DNA of 64,000 nucleotides from Zootoca vivipara (taxonomy: Eukaryota): the NCBI RefSeq assembly GCF_963506605.1, contig NC_083280.1:29078001-29142000 (forward strand), given 5' to 3'. Numbering within the stretch: the first letter of the stretch is position 1; each line of letters opens with the position of its first letter. A program made the position numbers and the translations under genes. Under the pieces are notes generated by a model. The model ran no database searches. It worked only from the letters and a program-made list of their open reading frames with translations, and was not told where the DNA came from. Of this stretch, positions 11,329-26,300 are shown piece after piece.

Positions 11329-14300
11329 TTTCTAATGTAAGAGGTTGAAGGACACACAATCTGGATATGTTTGGGAAACCCTAGCTGAAAATAAGAATGA
11401 GAGCAAGAGAAAAGGAAAAGTGAGGGGTTGTACAGTGGGGAGATCTCAGAAGCATAGCAACTCACAAAAACGGTCCAGATAGCTTCACATATTTACTGTT
11501 TGTCTCTTTTACTTATTTTTTTTTTAAAAAAATAGTTTTTTATTAAATTTTCCAAATAAACAAAAAGTAAAGAATTTTTTTACATTCCAATTTATATTCC
11601 CCTCTTATTTCAATTTCGCTCTGCCGAGCTATGACTTCCCTCCCTCCCTTCATTCGGCTTTCTTGTTCCCTCTTATCTCACAGTTGCTTTATACAAGCAT
11701 AAATAAATTAAGTTCGTAGGATTTATTTCAGTCCTGCAAGTGTCTTTAAACTTCTACAGTTCTTCTCTATATGGTCAATAAATTTACTCCATTTGTCTCT
11801 CCTTGGTTTCTTTTACTTATTCTTGACTCGGGTCAACAAAGAATTCTACCATTTTCCATGTGGTAGAAGTGATCACTAATTGGGCATTTGCAAATCATGT
11901 GAATGAGTTAATCTGATCTCTGGTAAATTCAATCTCCAACTGTGGGTTGATGAAGATTGGGGCAACACCATCACTCTAAAAGGAACACAATATGTCCTAA
12001 ATATCAATTTCTACTGGGCACTGTATGTGTCAAACAGTGCCGTCAAGATTTGAGAGAAAAGCAACTTTCACTTACTCAGCTTCAGAAGTTCTATTCAGAT
12101 TTGCTTTATGCATACCTGCTTTTTTCAAGTCACAGATTGTTTTGCGGCAAGCATCAGTATGCTGTAGCATTGCCATCACCTTGTGAGGTTTCTGGGGGTT
12201 GCAGTACAAACTGGAAGGGCAGGTCATATTGTGAAGCCAACCTGCCCTGATATTGTTCACTTTGCCTGTGTGCAGCAGGGGGGAGGGGTGAAAATGTCCC
12301 TTTTAAGCTCATGAAAGCAAAGGACAACATCCTGTGAATATAAATATATTTCCCCAGGTCCCGTCTTTCCATGCAGCAACGTGAAGTGATTGCTTTGGAT
12401 AGCAACTCCCAGCAGAGATGTCATTTTGCTATCTTCAGTATTATTTCTGTATGGAATGTGAGGAGCATAAGCTCCAGTCTCGTGCAAGGGGTGTCTTCTG
12501 TTTTCTTTCTGTTTCATGATGCAGAATTGAAAATGTGTAAGGCGCAGACCTTGACTTTTCTCAGTATGCTAGATCTTCCAAAATAGAGGCTGTCTGGTGT
12601 TGGTGTTGTTCCTCCCCGCCCCTAGCATTAACAACATGCAGCCAGGATGCTGTCAGCAAAATGAGCTGGACTGGGCAAGTGCAAACCCAAAGCGTACCAC
12701 TGTCAGGGCCGTCTTAAGCTCATCGGGCGCCCTGGTGCAGGGATCCCTCAGGCACCCCCCACCCCCACTCTTAAAAAAAAAACACCGGGGACCGGTGTTT
12801 GGAAGAGGGCTCCTCCTGAGCTGTTGTGGGAGCTGTTGTGGGAGCGCACAGCCTTGGAGGGGAGGGAATGCAAGCAGGCTCTGGCGAGCGGTGCGGGGAG
12901 AGAAGGAGCAAGGCAGCGGCGAACCAGGACCGAGCAGGGACTGTGTGCCTCGCAAGGAGAAACGGACACAGGATCCCCCCCCAGCCCATCCCAGCCCCCG
13001 TCTTTGTCTCCATTTCCCTCCTCGACTTACCCGCCAGCTCGTCCGGCTCCAGCCAGCTGTCGGCATCGATCCCACACAGCACAAAGTAGTGCACAAAGCG
13101 GCAGGGCGTCGAGCCTGAGCCAGGCCCGGGGGCGCCGCACTACCGCTCATCCCTCCGCCGGCGTCTGCGATCTCTCTCAGGCAGGATCCCAAGCAACAGG
13201 GGCAGCGCCGCTAACGCAGCAGCACCAGCAGCAGCGCTCCTTCCATGGCGCAAGTCTGGCCGGTTGACGGCCTCCCTTGCCGCGGGGAGCACGGCCGAGC
13301 AGGAGGAAGACGAGGACGCGGCGCCGGCAGTAGCTGAGGCTGCAGCCAGTGCTCGGGCTCCGCTAGGCACCTTCCCGCCATCGCCTCTGTGCTGCGTTTC
13401 ATTGGTAGAGCTGCTGCCATGTGGCATCACCTCTACCAATGAAACGCAGCGCCGGGGTGAGGGATGACCCTGGCACTGCAGAGCGGAACAGGGTCCTAGT
13501 GCCCCTGCTCCGCTCGTTTACCTCTCTCCCCCGAGTGGCGTGGCTGGCGGCCGTCCAGGAGGAGGGAAAGGGAGGTCGCCGCGCAGCTCCCCCACTTGCT
13601 GGGGCACCCCTCAGCGCCTCAGCGCCACTAGGGCCAATGGGCGAGCCGGCCCTGACCACTGTTACTATCAAAAGCCTCTCTCTTACAGGGTTGCATGTAC
13701 AGAAGTTGCACATAAAAGAATTCTAAGTAAAAACATATTAAATGAATGTATTCAGTGAGCTAAAACGAGTCAAAGACATGGTTTGTGATGGCTTAGTTAG
13801 TGTGAATGCGGGGACTCCCAGATTAAAGATGCTAGCCACTATGCTCCTCCCTACCGTAGTTGTTCTGCTGAACAGCACTTTGCTAAGCCATGCCTTGGCT
13901 TGGCATGTTCATCCAAATTTGAGCTTGTGGCTTTTCCATGAGACCTGTTTCTTTTCTTTTTATAATTTTTTATTAGTTTTACATTAATTTATACATAATA
14001 ACTTTAACAATTTCAACTCATAAAAATAAAAGGTTCCCTTCGAACCTTCAGACCTCCTCCCCTCCCTCCATGGGTTCCATTTCCAACGAAACTATGTTCT
14101 TTTTCTTTTTCTTTTACCGTTATCCCTCTGTTATATAATCATGGTTACCAAAGTTCATTTCACATTACAAGTGTCATTGTATCACTGCCAATGATTTTAA
14201 CTGTTTTACAGTGGTCTTTTAGGGATGTTAAAAAGTTATTCCAATCTTTTAGGAATACTCTATCTTCCTGGTTTCTGACCTTTCCCGTCAGTCTCACCAT

Positions 14301-17300
14301 CTCTGCATATTCCATTAACTTAGTCTGCCATTCTTCTCTGGTAAGCACCTCTCCCTCCTTCTATCTCTGGGCTAAAAGCATTCTCACTGCCGTCGTTGCA
14401 TACATGAACAGTCTCTTCTCTTCTATTGGTAGCTCTTCACCTATTATACCTAACAAAAATGCTTCTGATTTTTTAACAAAAGTTTTGTTAAACATTTTCT
14501 TTAACTCATTATATATCATTTCCCAGAAAGCTTTTACCACTTCACAAGACCACCACATATGATTTTAAAAAGTACCCTCTTTCCCTTTACATTTTCAGTA
14601 CAAATTTGAGCTGGTTCTATACATTTATGCGATATTACTCGGTGTTAAACACCAATGGTACATCATTTTCATATAGTTTTCCTTCAACGAACAGCAAGCA
14701 GTAAACTTTAAATACTCTTTCCATTATTTTTCCCATGTTGAAAATTGAATATTGTATCCAAAATCTCTTGCCCAGTGTATCATCACTGTTTTAACTTCTT
14801 TGTCTTTTGTGAACCATTCTAAAAGTAATGAGACATGTTTCAGCTGATATGCCAAGGCAAACTATGGCTTGGGTAAGTGTGGCACAGCAGTAAAACTACT
14901 GGGGAGGAGTAAAGCAGCTGGGATCTTTTCCCCAGAGGTTTGCCTTACCATGAAGTGCAAACCAGGCCGAAATGTTTCAAACTAAATTATTTCGATTTTG
15001 GAGGGGCTTCATAAATGAATTATCCTTGCAGGACAGCCTGGCATCCCAGGATTTCCAGGAGCTAAAGGTCTCAGAGGTAGAAAAGGTGACATAGGAGTCA
15101 CAGGAGGCCCTGGGTCACCTGGTCTGCCATGTGACAAAGGCTTGCAGGGGCTGCCAGGACCCCCAGGCTCTTTTGGACCACCAGGCTTTCCAGGTAAGCG
15201 CATCATTATTATCCTTGTAAATATTCAAGTGGGTGTCTAAAGCATACATGTTGACCCAGGATGGCTAAAATATATTGTGGTTAGCAACCTTGAAATATTG
15301 GGTGCTTTCCAACAAATTACTTCTGTTAATGCAATTGTTTCCAGTTGCATGCATAGGCATGGTATACATGTGCATTGGTCAAAATAGGTGTGGCATCTCA
15401 CTTTAAAAAATAAATAAATGCGGCACCATTTACGTACATAGCGCTACAAAGATCAGATATGGCAGATACATGCCTCAACTGTCTTAACAGTGTAAAATCG
15501 ACACAAATAGGAAATGAGAGAGGCAGGCCAAGGCAGCTGTGGGGGGAATGGATGTGTGCATAGGCAGGGCATATAGAGGGGGAGCAGCAGGGGGGGGGAG
15601 AGAGACCCAACTTGTACACTCTGAACATCTGGCATTTCCATTCTTGCTGTAAACAATTTGATTTGGCCATCTTGTTTGCTCTCCTCCCCATGTACCTTGG
15701 CTTTATGAATGCAGCAGAGCAATTGCAAGGAGTCTGTAGAGCTATGGTTTTAACTTTTATCAACATTTTGATTTTTATTTGGAATATTATTTTAATACTG
15801 TTGTTTTAGTTAATTGCATTTTATATGTGCTTTTAGGATTTTATGTTTTGTAAACAACTTTGAGACGTGTGTGTGTGTGTATTTTCTATAAAAACATAGT
15901 AGTTGTTAAGGACATATTTTTGCATTTGGTGCATCTCTCCCTCCGTGCCCCTCCTAGGTTTACAAGGCTTCAAGGGTCCTAAAGGTGATATGGGTGCACC
16001 AGGCCCAGCTGGAATGAAAGGCATGCCTGGGTTTCCTGGAGTACAAGGGCCACCTGGCCTCCCAGGCTTAAGAGGAAAACCAGGTCTTCCAGGGGAAAAT
16101 GGATTGCCAGGCCGCCCAGGGCAAAAAGGTAAATGGATTCCAAATGTAATGGTCTTTGTTTAGAAACAAATAGTGTTTCTTATCATCACCTCTCATTTCT
16201 TTGGTGTTCGAAAGCTAGGAGAAGGGCCATTTGGGATTTGCAGAGTCATGACCAAATAAGGATACACTATACTGGGCCCCAGAGATCCAGCCCATACTGC
16301 AATCCCCATTATCATGAAGAGAAAATAGATGCTTCATTGAGAATATTTATGGAAATTTATTTCCCAGTATGTGCTCACTTAGATCTTTTGTGATTTGCTG
16401 GAGCCAATCAGGACCAGTGTTAAGAGCAGAACAACATTCTGAAGAGTGAATTGCTGGCCCATGGCCTTCTCTAGAACAGGAAAAGTGTCCTGTGCAGTTA
16501 CAGTAGGACTCCCACCTGTGGCATTATTAATCCAGCAATCCAGTCTTTTATTTAAGTGCACTAGAATCTACGTATTTCTTTCTGAAGGGAGCCAAGGGTC
16601 CCAAGGCATGCAGGGTTTCCCAGGACTCCCAGGAAGTGAAGGACAAATGGGAGCACCTGGTGTGAAAGGTGAAGAAGGACAAGCAGGTCCGCGTGGCCCT
16701 CCAGGAGAATGTGGGTCTATGGGATTAAAAGGTATGTAACTTGTTTCCTGAATTACTTTGGCATGTAGTGTGTTCTTTTTTTCCTAGCCAGATAAAGATT
16801 TTCTTAAGTTGGTAATAGGGCCATAGGAAGTTGCCCTTATACTGAGTTAGGCCACTGAGCCATCTAGCCCAGTACTGTCCACAACAATGTTGGCATCCGT
16901 CTATCTCGGGAGACAAATGGAGTGTGCCTCTGGGGGTGAAGTTAAACTGCTGCATTAGCAGCACCAAAGTGGCCTCGCTGGAGTGCCAAAGTTACTCCCA
17001 AAGTTAAAACACAAATCTTAAAAACTGTGAGACCATATCAGTTATTTCAAAGGCCTGGGAGAATAGAAGGGTTTTCACCTGCTGCCAAAATGACCATAAA
17101 AATGGTTCCAGTGAATCCTCCGTCAGAACTTGCTCCCCGCCATAGAGTTTTGTTAAAGCTATGGTTTGTCGTCTTGTGATTTCCTAAGCAGAAACAAGGA
17201 AGAGGAGTCATCTGAATACTAGAGTTTTGTTAAAGCTATGGTTTGTCGTCTTGTGATTTCCTAAGCAGAAACAAGGAAGAGGAGTCATCTGAATACTACA

Positions 17301-20300
17301 GTTCCCGTCCTCTAAGCACCAAGCAAATGTTTAATATGCGGTACCTGCCCAGAGCAGTAAATATTTAGGCCACAATTAGGAATCCCAATAGTAGGATTGG
17401 TGGGCGTGCGGGCAGCTATGCTGTCCTGAGCAAATCTCTGCCTACATTCAGTACATTCTACCCCTTTAAGGTGAAAGAGGACCTCCAGGAGAGGATGGCT
17501 GCGTTTTCATATTGAAAGAGAAAGGACAAAAAGGGGAGCCAGGCCTTCCTGGTGATAAAGGCATCCCAGGAACACAGGGTAAGCCAACTGCTTGTTTGCA
17601 GGTTACACAGAAACCAATAACTGTAACGTTAAGTCCAGACCCTAGCTGACATCTTCCATATGCTATCTAATTTTTGGAAGGCACTAATACATCTTGTTGA
17701 TTTTGAAAGTTATTCACTAGTACATGTCTGCTGAAATTAAAAGGTGAATCAGACAGACCTTTTGTTTTCTTCGTCAACAACAAAACTGTTTATTGTGAGG
17801 ACCATGCCTGGACACAAATATCAACACAACAGTAATTAAAAATGTTAAAATTAATTGCATACTATCCCAACAAAACCTTCATCCCACAAAACAGGAAGAG
17901 AAGGAAAACAAGCAACGAGTTAAACAGACGATGAAGGGGTCTTTACTTTATCATCCATAAATCTTTCCCTGGCTTTCATGGCCTTCATCACAAAGACCGC
18001 TACCACATGGGTAATTCGTGGGTGGGTTAGCATCAACTAACAAAATTTTTACTTTATCTTCGGGATTGATTATAGAGTTGGGTATAATTTGCAGCATCGC
18101 GTCTCTAAGGCCCAAGTAAATGGGGCAATAGAGGAGGTTTTCTTAGCCAATTAGCAACAAACTGGCCAGTTGATAACTAATCACTGCTCATGAGCTATTG
18201 CTTTATCATATGAACCCAGCCGTGTGCATTTACTGATAGGCACTATGCTGTAGGAGATTAGGCACCACCTTCATCATTCATGTTCAGTGACTGCAGTATC
18301 ACAGGATAAGCAACGCAGGAAGCTGCTTCACACAGAGTCAGACCATTGGTACCATCTAGCTCGGTATCGACTACAAGGATTGGTAGCAGCTCCCCAGAGT
18401 TTCAGACAGGGAGTCTTTCCCAGTCCTACCTAGAGATGGTGGGGACTGAACCTGAAACTTTTTGCAGGCAAAGTGGATGCTCTACCACTGAGCTTACAGC
18501 CCTATTCAGTGATCACAATATAAATTGAGACTAATCAATATAAACTCACATTATAAGTGTCAAAAACCTTAATTGGTCTTAGGTACTTACTACACATCCC
18601 TTTCATATGACCTCAGTATGAGACCACTTCAACAAAAACGGAAACCTCTCCTCCTAAGGGTTTGTTTTTTAGTTTTTTAAAGTTATTGTCTAGATCTTAC
18701 CAGTGTTTTTCTTCTAGGAAAAAAAGGTACTGGAGTACCCCCAGAAAAAAAACACTGGTTCTTACTACTGTGTTGTATCTACGTATCACACAGCAAAATT
18801 GTTCTGATGCACAATATGCTAGATTCCCTTTTTAATTCCAGGTTCTGTAGTTTTTCTGATTTGTTTCGTTTTGAGGGGAGGGTTTGCATTCCCTTCTGTG
18901 ACTAGAAAACGTAACAACTTACAACAAGCTCTTGAAATAAATTCAGGTGATAAAGGCAACACTGGATTCAGAGGAATCCCAGGATCACCAGGCAGAAGTG
19001 CACTTCCAGGTACTCGAAAAGGCGAACCTGGCGATGCTGGACAGGCTGGTTTTCAAGGGCCTCCCGGTCTCCCAGGACCCGCAGGACTGAGAGGAATCAC
19101 TGGCTTTCAAGGACCACAAGGTGACCAGGTAGGGTGAGAATATTGTCACAGCGTTTGAAAGTCTAATGCTGTATTTAGCCATTTATCTGAAGGACCCTTG
19201 AGGAAAGCCTTGGGGGGGGGGGGGTAAGTATGCAACATAATACTGGCACTCAGTTGTGGCACACATTCCCCCGGCACCCATGTCTCCAGTTTTAAGTGGC
19301 AACTGAATACTTGTATTTTTTGTCAGGCTGTATTGCGTGTTTTGCTGTTTGCCATTTTGTGTTTTTATTGTTGTAGTCTGCCCTTGGGTCATAGGATTAA
19401 GGGTAGGATACAGTATAAGTTTTTATCAGTAGTGGATGGTGTGGTGGAGTGGAGGTGCTTACCTGACCTCCTGGCAGATAATTGCTGGGAGGGGCAGAAG
19501 GGAGAGATGCAAGGCAGCGGCAAGGCTGCTGTGGTGCAAACCCATCAGCAGAGCCAATCCACCGTTTCTGCTGGTGCAACCGTACCACCTGCCCACCATC
19601 TCCCCCTTCTCTTTTCTGGTAAGCAGTAGCCAGCAGGTCAAATATGAATGAATAAATTTGCCTTTTACTTGCTTTTCCATCTCAGAGCTAATGATCATCA
19701 TATTTACTGTTTTGTGCAATTCTCATTATGATCAGTGTCTTGAAGCAAGCTGAACAAGAAACTAATAGGTCTGTATTACAGAGTTTACACTGACCACTTA
19801 CAAATCTTCAAGCAGCATAAAGTCTTCTGTGGGAAGAATAGAGATCAGAAAGGAGAAGGCAGGGATCCAGAGGAAGGCTGAAGCAGTTTCTGTTTTAGAT
19901 GCATTCTTGCTAATTACACACAAACTCTTTCTTTCAGTTCTTCATATTATAAAAGATTAGAATTTGACACAGAAAACAAGACCCTCATTTATTTTTAATT
20001 TGCAGAGACAAGTGCTGTAAATTTTATGTATAATTGATGGGCATTCTTCTTTTGATAAAATAATTAGGGTGAACAGGGATTGCCAGGGATTCCAGGAAGT
20101 TCAGGACTTGATGGTGCAAAAGGATCTAAAGGTAATGCTGCAATAGTAACACATCTAAGCGTGACAGTTACTTTTCAGATTTCTGTTGATGCATTAGGGG
20201 AAATGAATACAGTGGAATTTTCGAGCGTCTCGGAAACCGAACAATTCGGAACCCGAACGCCGAAAACCCGGAAATGAATGCCTTGGAAATTGAAATGGGC

Positions 20301-23300
20301 GCGTTTCTCCATTTTCTCAATGGAAGGCCCATCGCGCCTTCGGATGTCAAACGTTTCAAAAGTCAAATGGTCTTCCAGAACGGATTACATTTGACAACAG
20401 AGGTACAACTGTATACAAATAGAAATAGTTTCTGGTAACAAAATACTATCATGCTGGCTATATACATTGATTAAAGATTTGATAGATCATGCTGAAGGGA
20501 AAGGCTGGCACCATACGAGTTTTATATGGCATTACACGATTTGGAGAACACAACAAAATGAGTATCATAAAAGGTTATTGCAAACTTTTGGGATGATAAA
20601 ACAGAATTGAATTAGTTGAACATTACAAAACGATTGATTCAGAAACATGAAGATTCGTTTTGTGAACTAGTGTCCCTGCCTAATAAGTAAGCAGGTAAAG
20701 CACCTTTCTCTGTTTGTATTGAGATTGTCAAGACCAATATCCACATTTGTTCTGCTGCTGTGGTTGCACATTTTAGGCTCTTTTTTGTAGGAGAATCATT
20801 GACTGTAATCCTGCAACCATTTGACATATATTAAGATCCCTTGAAATATTCTCTACTGGCAAACAAAGGGAATTTATTTTTTAAAAAATGTAACTACAGG
20901 TTGTTTAAAAGTTTCAGAAGTTACTTATAACATGAGATGCTACTTTTGCAGGTAACAGAGGTGACCCAGCTGCCTCTTATGGTCAGCCTGGTAAGAAAGG
21001 TCCTGCAGGAGATCGAGGATTGCCAGGTGATGATTCTTTTGGTTATTTGGTTATCAATGGGCAAGGTATCTAATTAGTATATCTTCTTGTGTATTTATAT
21101 CTTTTCACTAATTTGAGTCATACATTTATGGCTTCATGATTTGAAGCAATGATTTAATTCCAATCCATACTTTATGCTACAGACACATTTTTCATGTGCT
21201 CCCTGCATGTCTCCCAGCTGATCACGGTGAAGTGAAAGGACAATATGTCCCTGTAAATGCACAGGAGTGTATGCTGGGCACATGCACTCACATTTCTTGC
21301 ACATTTATAAAGCTGCATCTCCCATCACACTTCAGTGTTCACCATGGCAAATATCAGCATGCATATGAAACTGGTGTGTAGAATGGCAGTCCTAGGGGCT
21401 ATGCTGGTAGCAAGAACAAAAATTTGCTATCCTCCAACCTTTCTTTAGATAATCTCCTCCGTTGTTCATAGTGGGGGTTGAAAGAAACACTTTAAACAGC
21501 TTTCAATTTGACAAGAGAAACTGAAAAGCAATTCTACTTTTTTTTGAGATGTTGTGGGTCACAACTAGCATCAGTGTGTGGCAAATGCTGGGGCATCACT
21601 ACTGATACTCTGAGCCACCATCTTCATTGCCTATGGCCCCAGTCCATTGCTGTGTCTGCAATGCTATGCTAGAATCCTTAGACACTGTGGAGGAATGAAG
21701 ATGGCTATGGCTGCAGTCACCCAGTTGAGTACCCTGAGACAGGAGTTGCAGTTCTTTTCAACACAGCCGCTTGTCCTTGTTTCCACTGCCTGCCTATGCC
21801 ACCTGGTAAGCTCATCAGGGGATGACAGTAAGATGGCCAGGGCCGTTTCAAACCTCATGCTAGCCTTGGATATTCAGTTATGCTGCTGTTACTTTGGGAC
21901 TCTTGTTGCCTACCTTTGTGTCAGTCATTGCCTTCATCTGCTCAATCTTTATAAATGCAAATTAGTAGAAGCTGTGAGATACTTTAGGTTTTCAGTACAG
22001 TTTCATCCACAGCAAATGGTGGATGAATGGTGGAGTGAGATGTAGGGTTGCCAGACTCAATAGTGGACAGAACTTTTGTGCCTTTAATTGCCCTGCTCTC
22101 TTTTGAGTCTGGAAACCTTAAAGAGAAACCAGCAGACCCTTTGTTAATTTACAAGCAAAGGGTCTGCTGGTTTCTCTTTAAGGTTTCCAGACTCAAAAGA
22201 GAGCAGGGCAATTAAAGGCACAGAAGTCCTGTCCACTATTGAGTCTGGCAACCCTAGTGAGATGCCTTCACTCCATTACATCCTGCTCTATTCCGCTCAT
22301 GGAAGGAAGCTGCAGAAGACAATATACTAATGTGTTTCCGAAAAGCTAATACACTTTGCCTGAGCAGTGAAGCATACCTGTGTATGCATGGAATTTGCCA
22401 TTTAAAAACGGTTTCACTAAAAATATATTACAGTAAGAGTTGCTTTGTTTGTATGGTTTGGTTTAAGGACTTGATGGATTACCAGGGGACCAAGGAATCA
22501 CAGGTGTCCAAGGGAGACCAGGAAGACAGGGACCCAAAGGACTAACTGGATACTCAGGAACACCTGGCTTCCCAGGTGAGGTGGAAGTGGGGGAAAAATT
22601 AACTGGACTTTAAACATAATGAGCTTTTATGGGCCATGATGACGCCAGTGGAAAAGGAAACATCAACATGCAATCAAACCAGAAAATACATGAAAGTCAA
22701 GATTATGATCATCCTAACCCCTGTGGGAAAAAGTCCAACAAGCTTTCCTAGCTGAATGGAAAGGTTCCATGCTGTATTTCTTTTAATCTCATCTTGCTGT
22801 TTTGTAATTATTTATTTGTTATTTTTACTATATTTTGTACATCAACTTGGGACATACATGAGAGGCAATTAACAATAATGTCATTCCTAGCAACCAGCAT
22901 AATCATAAAATATATATTGAATATTATGGAGAAAATGTAAGTATTGTTTAATTATGAGGATTGTGTCTTCAACCTGCAGGTATCCAAGGAGCTGCAGGCG
23001 TTCCAGGAGCACCAGGTGAACAAGGTAATCCTGGTTTTTTGGGAGCTCCAGGTTTTCAAGGATTACCTGGCAGTCCTGGGAGAAAAGGTAACTATTGTGA
23101 AAAACATGTGGCAGTGAATGTAATGATATGGACCAAAGGTGATAACATAAATTATACATTACTTTGTGCTTTGAAGCAATGCAGAAGTGGAGAAGCGCAG
23201 GCCAGGAAGCACATACTATTAGCCCCTAAAATGATTATCAGGGGCCTGAAAAAAAACTGTTGAGTCAGCTCCTCCTCTACCCTCTTTGGGGCTGTTTAAG

Positions 23301-26300
23301 TTTTTCAGGTGTGCCCTGAGGGAAGGCAGAAACACAGAAGCCTAAGCCAGGGAGCTCATGCCAACAGCTCCTGAAGGGACCATTAAGTCTGCCTCAGAGA
23401 ACTCTGTTTTATATTTTGTACCCTCTTCTTTCTTCCCCAGCATAGATCCTGGCAAAGATAACCCCTTGCACAGCCATTAACCTAAAGGGTGGGAAGCTCC
23501 CACTGGTGCTTTCATTCTCAGGCTAATTGCAGAGCAGGGGGTGTACTCACTCTTGTTGGAATTGCATCATATTGTCCCCTCCATTCTTTTTCTCTGTCTT
23601 GCAATATTTCAAAGGCCTTTCGGGACCGCCTGGATTAAATGGCCTGAATGGACTACAGGGTCAAAAGGGTTTGCCAGGATCTCCAGGTAAATAATGAAAC
23701 TACTATTATAAAATTATAATTGGGGGGGGGGGTGGAATTGCTAGTAGAGGCTCAATCAAATATTACGCCACCAACCGGCATTAATTTTAACAATAAACAA
23801 TAGATTTTAAATTTTATGTGAGGTTTGGCTTCAGCTAGTTAATGCTAGCATGGTGAAAATCAGCCCGGGCTTTAAAAACAGTGTTGTGGAATTTCTATTG
23901 AGGGCAACAGCTATGGAGAGTTATCCTTTTGCAAACCAGGTTATCTGTAGCATTTCAAACAGATATATACCTGAAAGGACCATACACAGATATTGGAACC
24001 CAAAGCCTAAACGTATGTGCGAAAGCACACATGCTGCGGTTACAAATATTATCCTCCAGCAACAGCCCCCATGCTTCATGGGGTATTGCTCTGAAGTGCT
24101 TACTGATCTTGAGCGGTCTTTTGGGAGGATAAAGGGGGCTGAGGCTGAAGGAGGAAGCTGAATATCCTGGGATATGACCTAGGGGCCATAGGGACCACAA
24201 TTTCTTGAAAATCTTATTTTTTAAATCATTTTATCGCATGTGTCCTCCAAAGGGCCATGCTTTCTTCCTACTCTCCACCCCACAAATTTATTCTCATTGC
24301 AACTCTTTGAGGCAGGTTAGGCTATGAAAGAGCAACTGACTTGCCTCAGTTCCACATGAACAAGCATGGACATTGAGAAAGAGTTGGCCAACTTTGGATA
24401 GCTTCACCTGGAAAGGAAGTGCTTGGGTGTCTATGCATATGTCTTTCATTCATTAAGAAGCTTCATTCTGTGTGCATTTTTTATTCCCTTTATAAAGGTT
24501 TAAGTGAAATGGGGCCTGCAGGATGCATAGGAGAACCTGGGCCAAAAGGCAACAGAGGAGAACCTGGGCTACCAGGAATTTCCCGTCCAGGTCCCCCTGG
24601 AGATGCAGGACTATTAGGTCCTCCTGGTAAGAAGCAGTTTTCTCCATGGGAGGAAAGCAGCTAATCTATTACTACCCCATTGAAGAGCAGGATGTTGATG
24701 TTTGTTTCTTATTAAATGTCATGAACAGCAGCCAATAGGTTTCTGGGACACTCATGTAAGCAGATTTCACAAATAATTAAAGCACGGGAAATGCACTATG
24801 GGAAACATTTGTGTTATCTTAGATATATATGGTGCTGGAAAGAAAGAAAGTTTCTGCCACACAAACAAACTATAGAATCCACACAACATAGAGTAAAATG
24901 TATTTGCAATGAGGTTCCTATTGGTCAATATTCAACGTTTTGGTATGTCCTAAAATATAAAATAGCACAATAAACTCTCTTCTTCTTGCAGGCAAGCCAG
25001 GTCCTTCTGGGCCTGCCGGTCCTATGGGACAGCCTTCTGTAAATATACTTCCTGGGCTTCCAGGTGACCAAGGCCCTGCTGGATTAGATGGTGTTAGAGG
25101 TATGACTGGCATAATAAAGCAGTTAAAGTAGAACGAACCCTCCTATGTGCTAGACGTGCAGCAGAAATGTTATTTTCCAATTGAGTTTGAGAGCAGGAGA
25201 GGGTCCTCCTTTTGGAGACAGTAATCAAATAATCATCTCTGCTATACCTTTATTCTGTAAACCACTTTGAAGGCCATTGGCACTGAAGCAGACTTTAAAC
25301 AACAACAACAGCAACGTACAAATATTACATATAAACTGTTGGCTGTTCCTAAACCAAATACGAGAAACTGAAGATTCAGGTATAAGGGCTATAGCTACTT
25401 TAAGTGGTAAATAATGTTGATTGAAGCTCCCAGGTTCACTCCTCAGGATTTCCCAAGTAGGACTGGGGCGGGAGGGAACTCTGGAGGGCTATTCTCAGTC
25501 AATATAGCCAGGGTAGTGCCATCCAGATGTGCCCTACAACTCCCATCTTCCTTGATTATTGGCATGCTTTCTGGAGCGGATAGGACCTGTGGTCCAACAA
25601 CAGCTGGAGGTTCACCACTTTACCCACCCTACGTGGAGGTATTACTGAACTACAAGGATCAGTAGTCATATTCTGTATGGCAACTTCCTGTGTTCTTATG
25701 ATCCAACCCAAGGATATTGAATACTGTTCTGTCTTCCTATCCAAAGACCACAATCCCCACCCCCCAATTGTTAAGGAGACATGTGTACAAGCTTGCTTCG
25801 GCCCACTATCCTTGCTTAGTATGCTTTTTCCAACAGTACTTAATTTTCATTCCAGGTCTCCCTGGCAAACCTGGTCCTCCAGGGAAGACTATTCTCATTA
25901 AAGGAGACCCAGGTGACTGTGGGGCTTTGGGGGCACCTGGGGTTCCTGGTCCTCCTGGCAAACCTGGACCTAAAGGTATCACGGGAAATCAAGGAAGAGA
26001 AGGCTCAAAAGGTATGGCTTGAGATAATGAGTTTAGCATACAGCAAATCCAATAACAGAACTTTCTTAATTCATCTGAATTCTCATTGTTAAGGTCCAAC
26101 AGGAAACCCTGGCCCACAGGGACCTCCTGGTGCCCCTGGAGAGCCTGGAGATCAAGGTTTGCGAGGATCAACTGGTCCTTTGGGTCCCAAAGGTAATACC
26201 TAACATTTTTTTATACCTTGCATTATGCAGTGGCCATTCTGAATTCACATTTGGTCATGTTTGCAATGCTCTACCCAGCCACACAGCTAGTGAGAGGGGG

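Noticed and set aside
12597-13758. Dense cluster of overlapping ORFs up to 179 aa
   Set aside because: Stop-poor GC-rich interior of a hAT element; no domain and no splice support.
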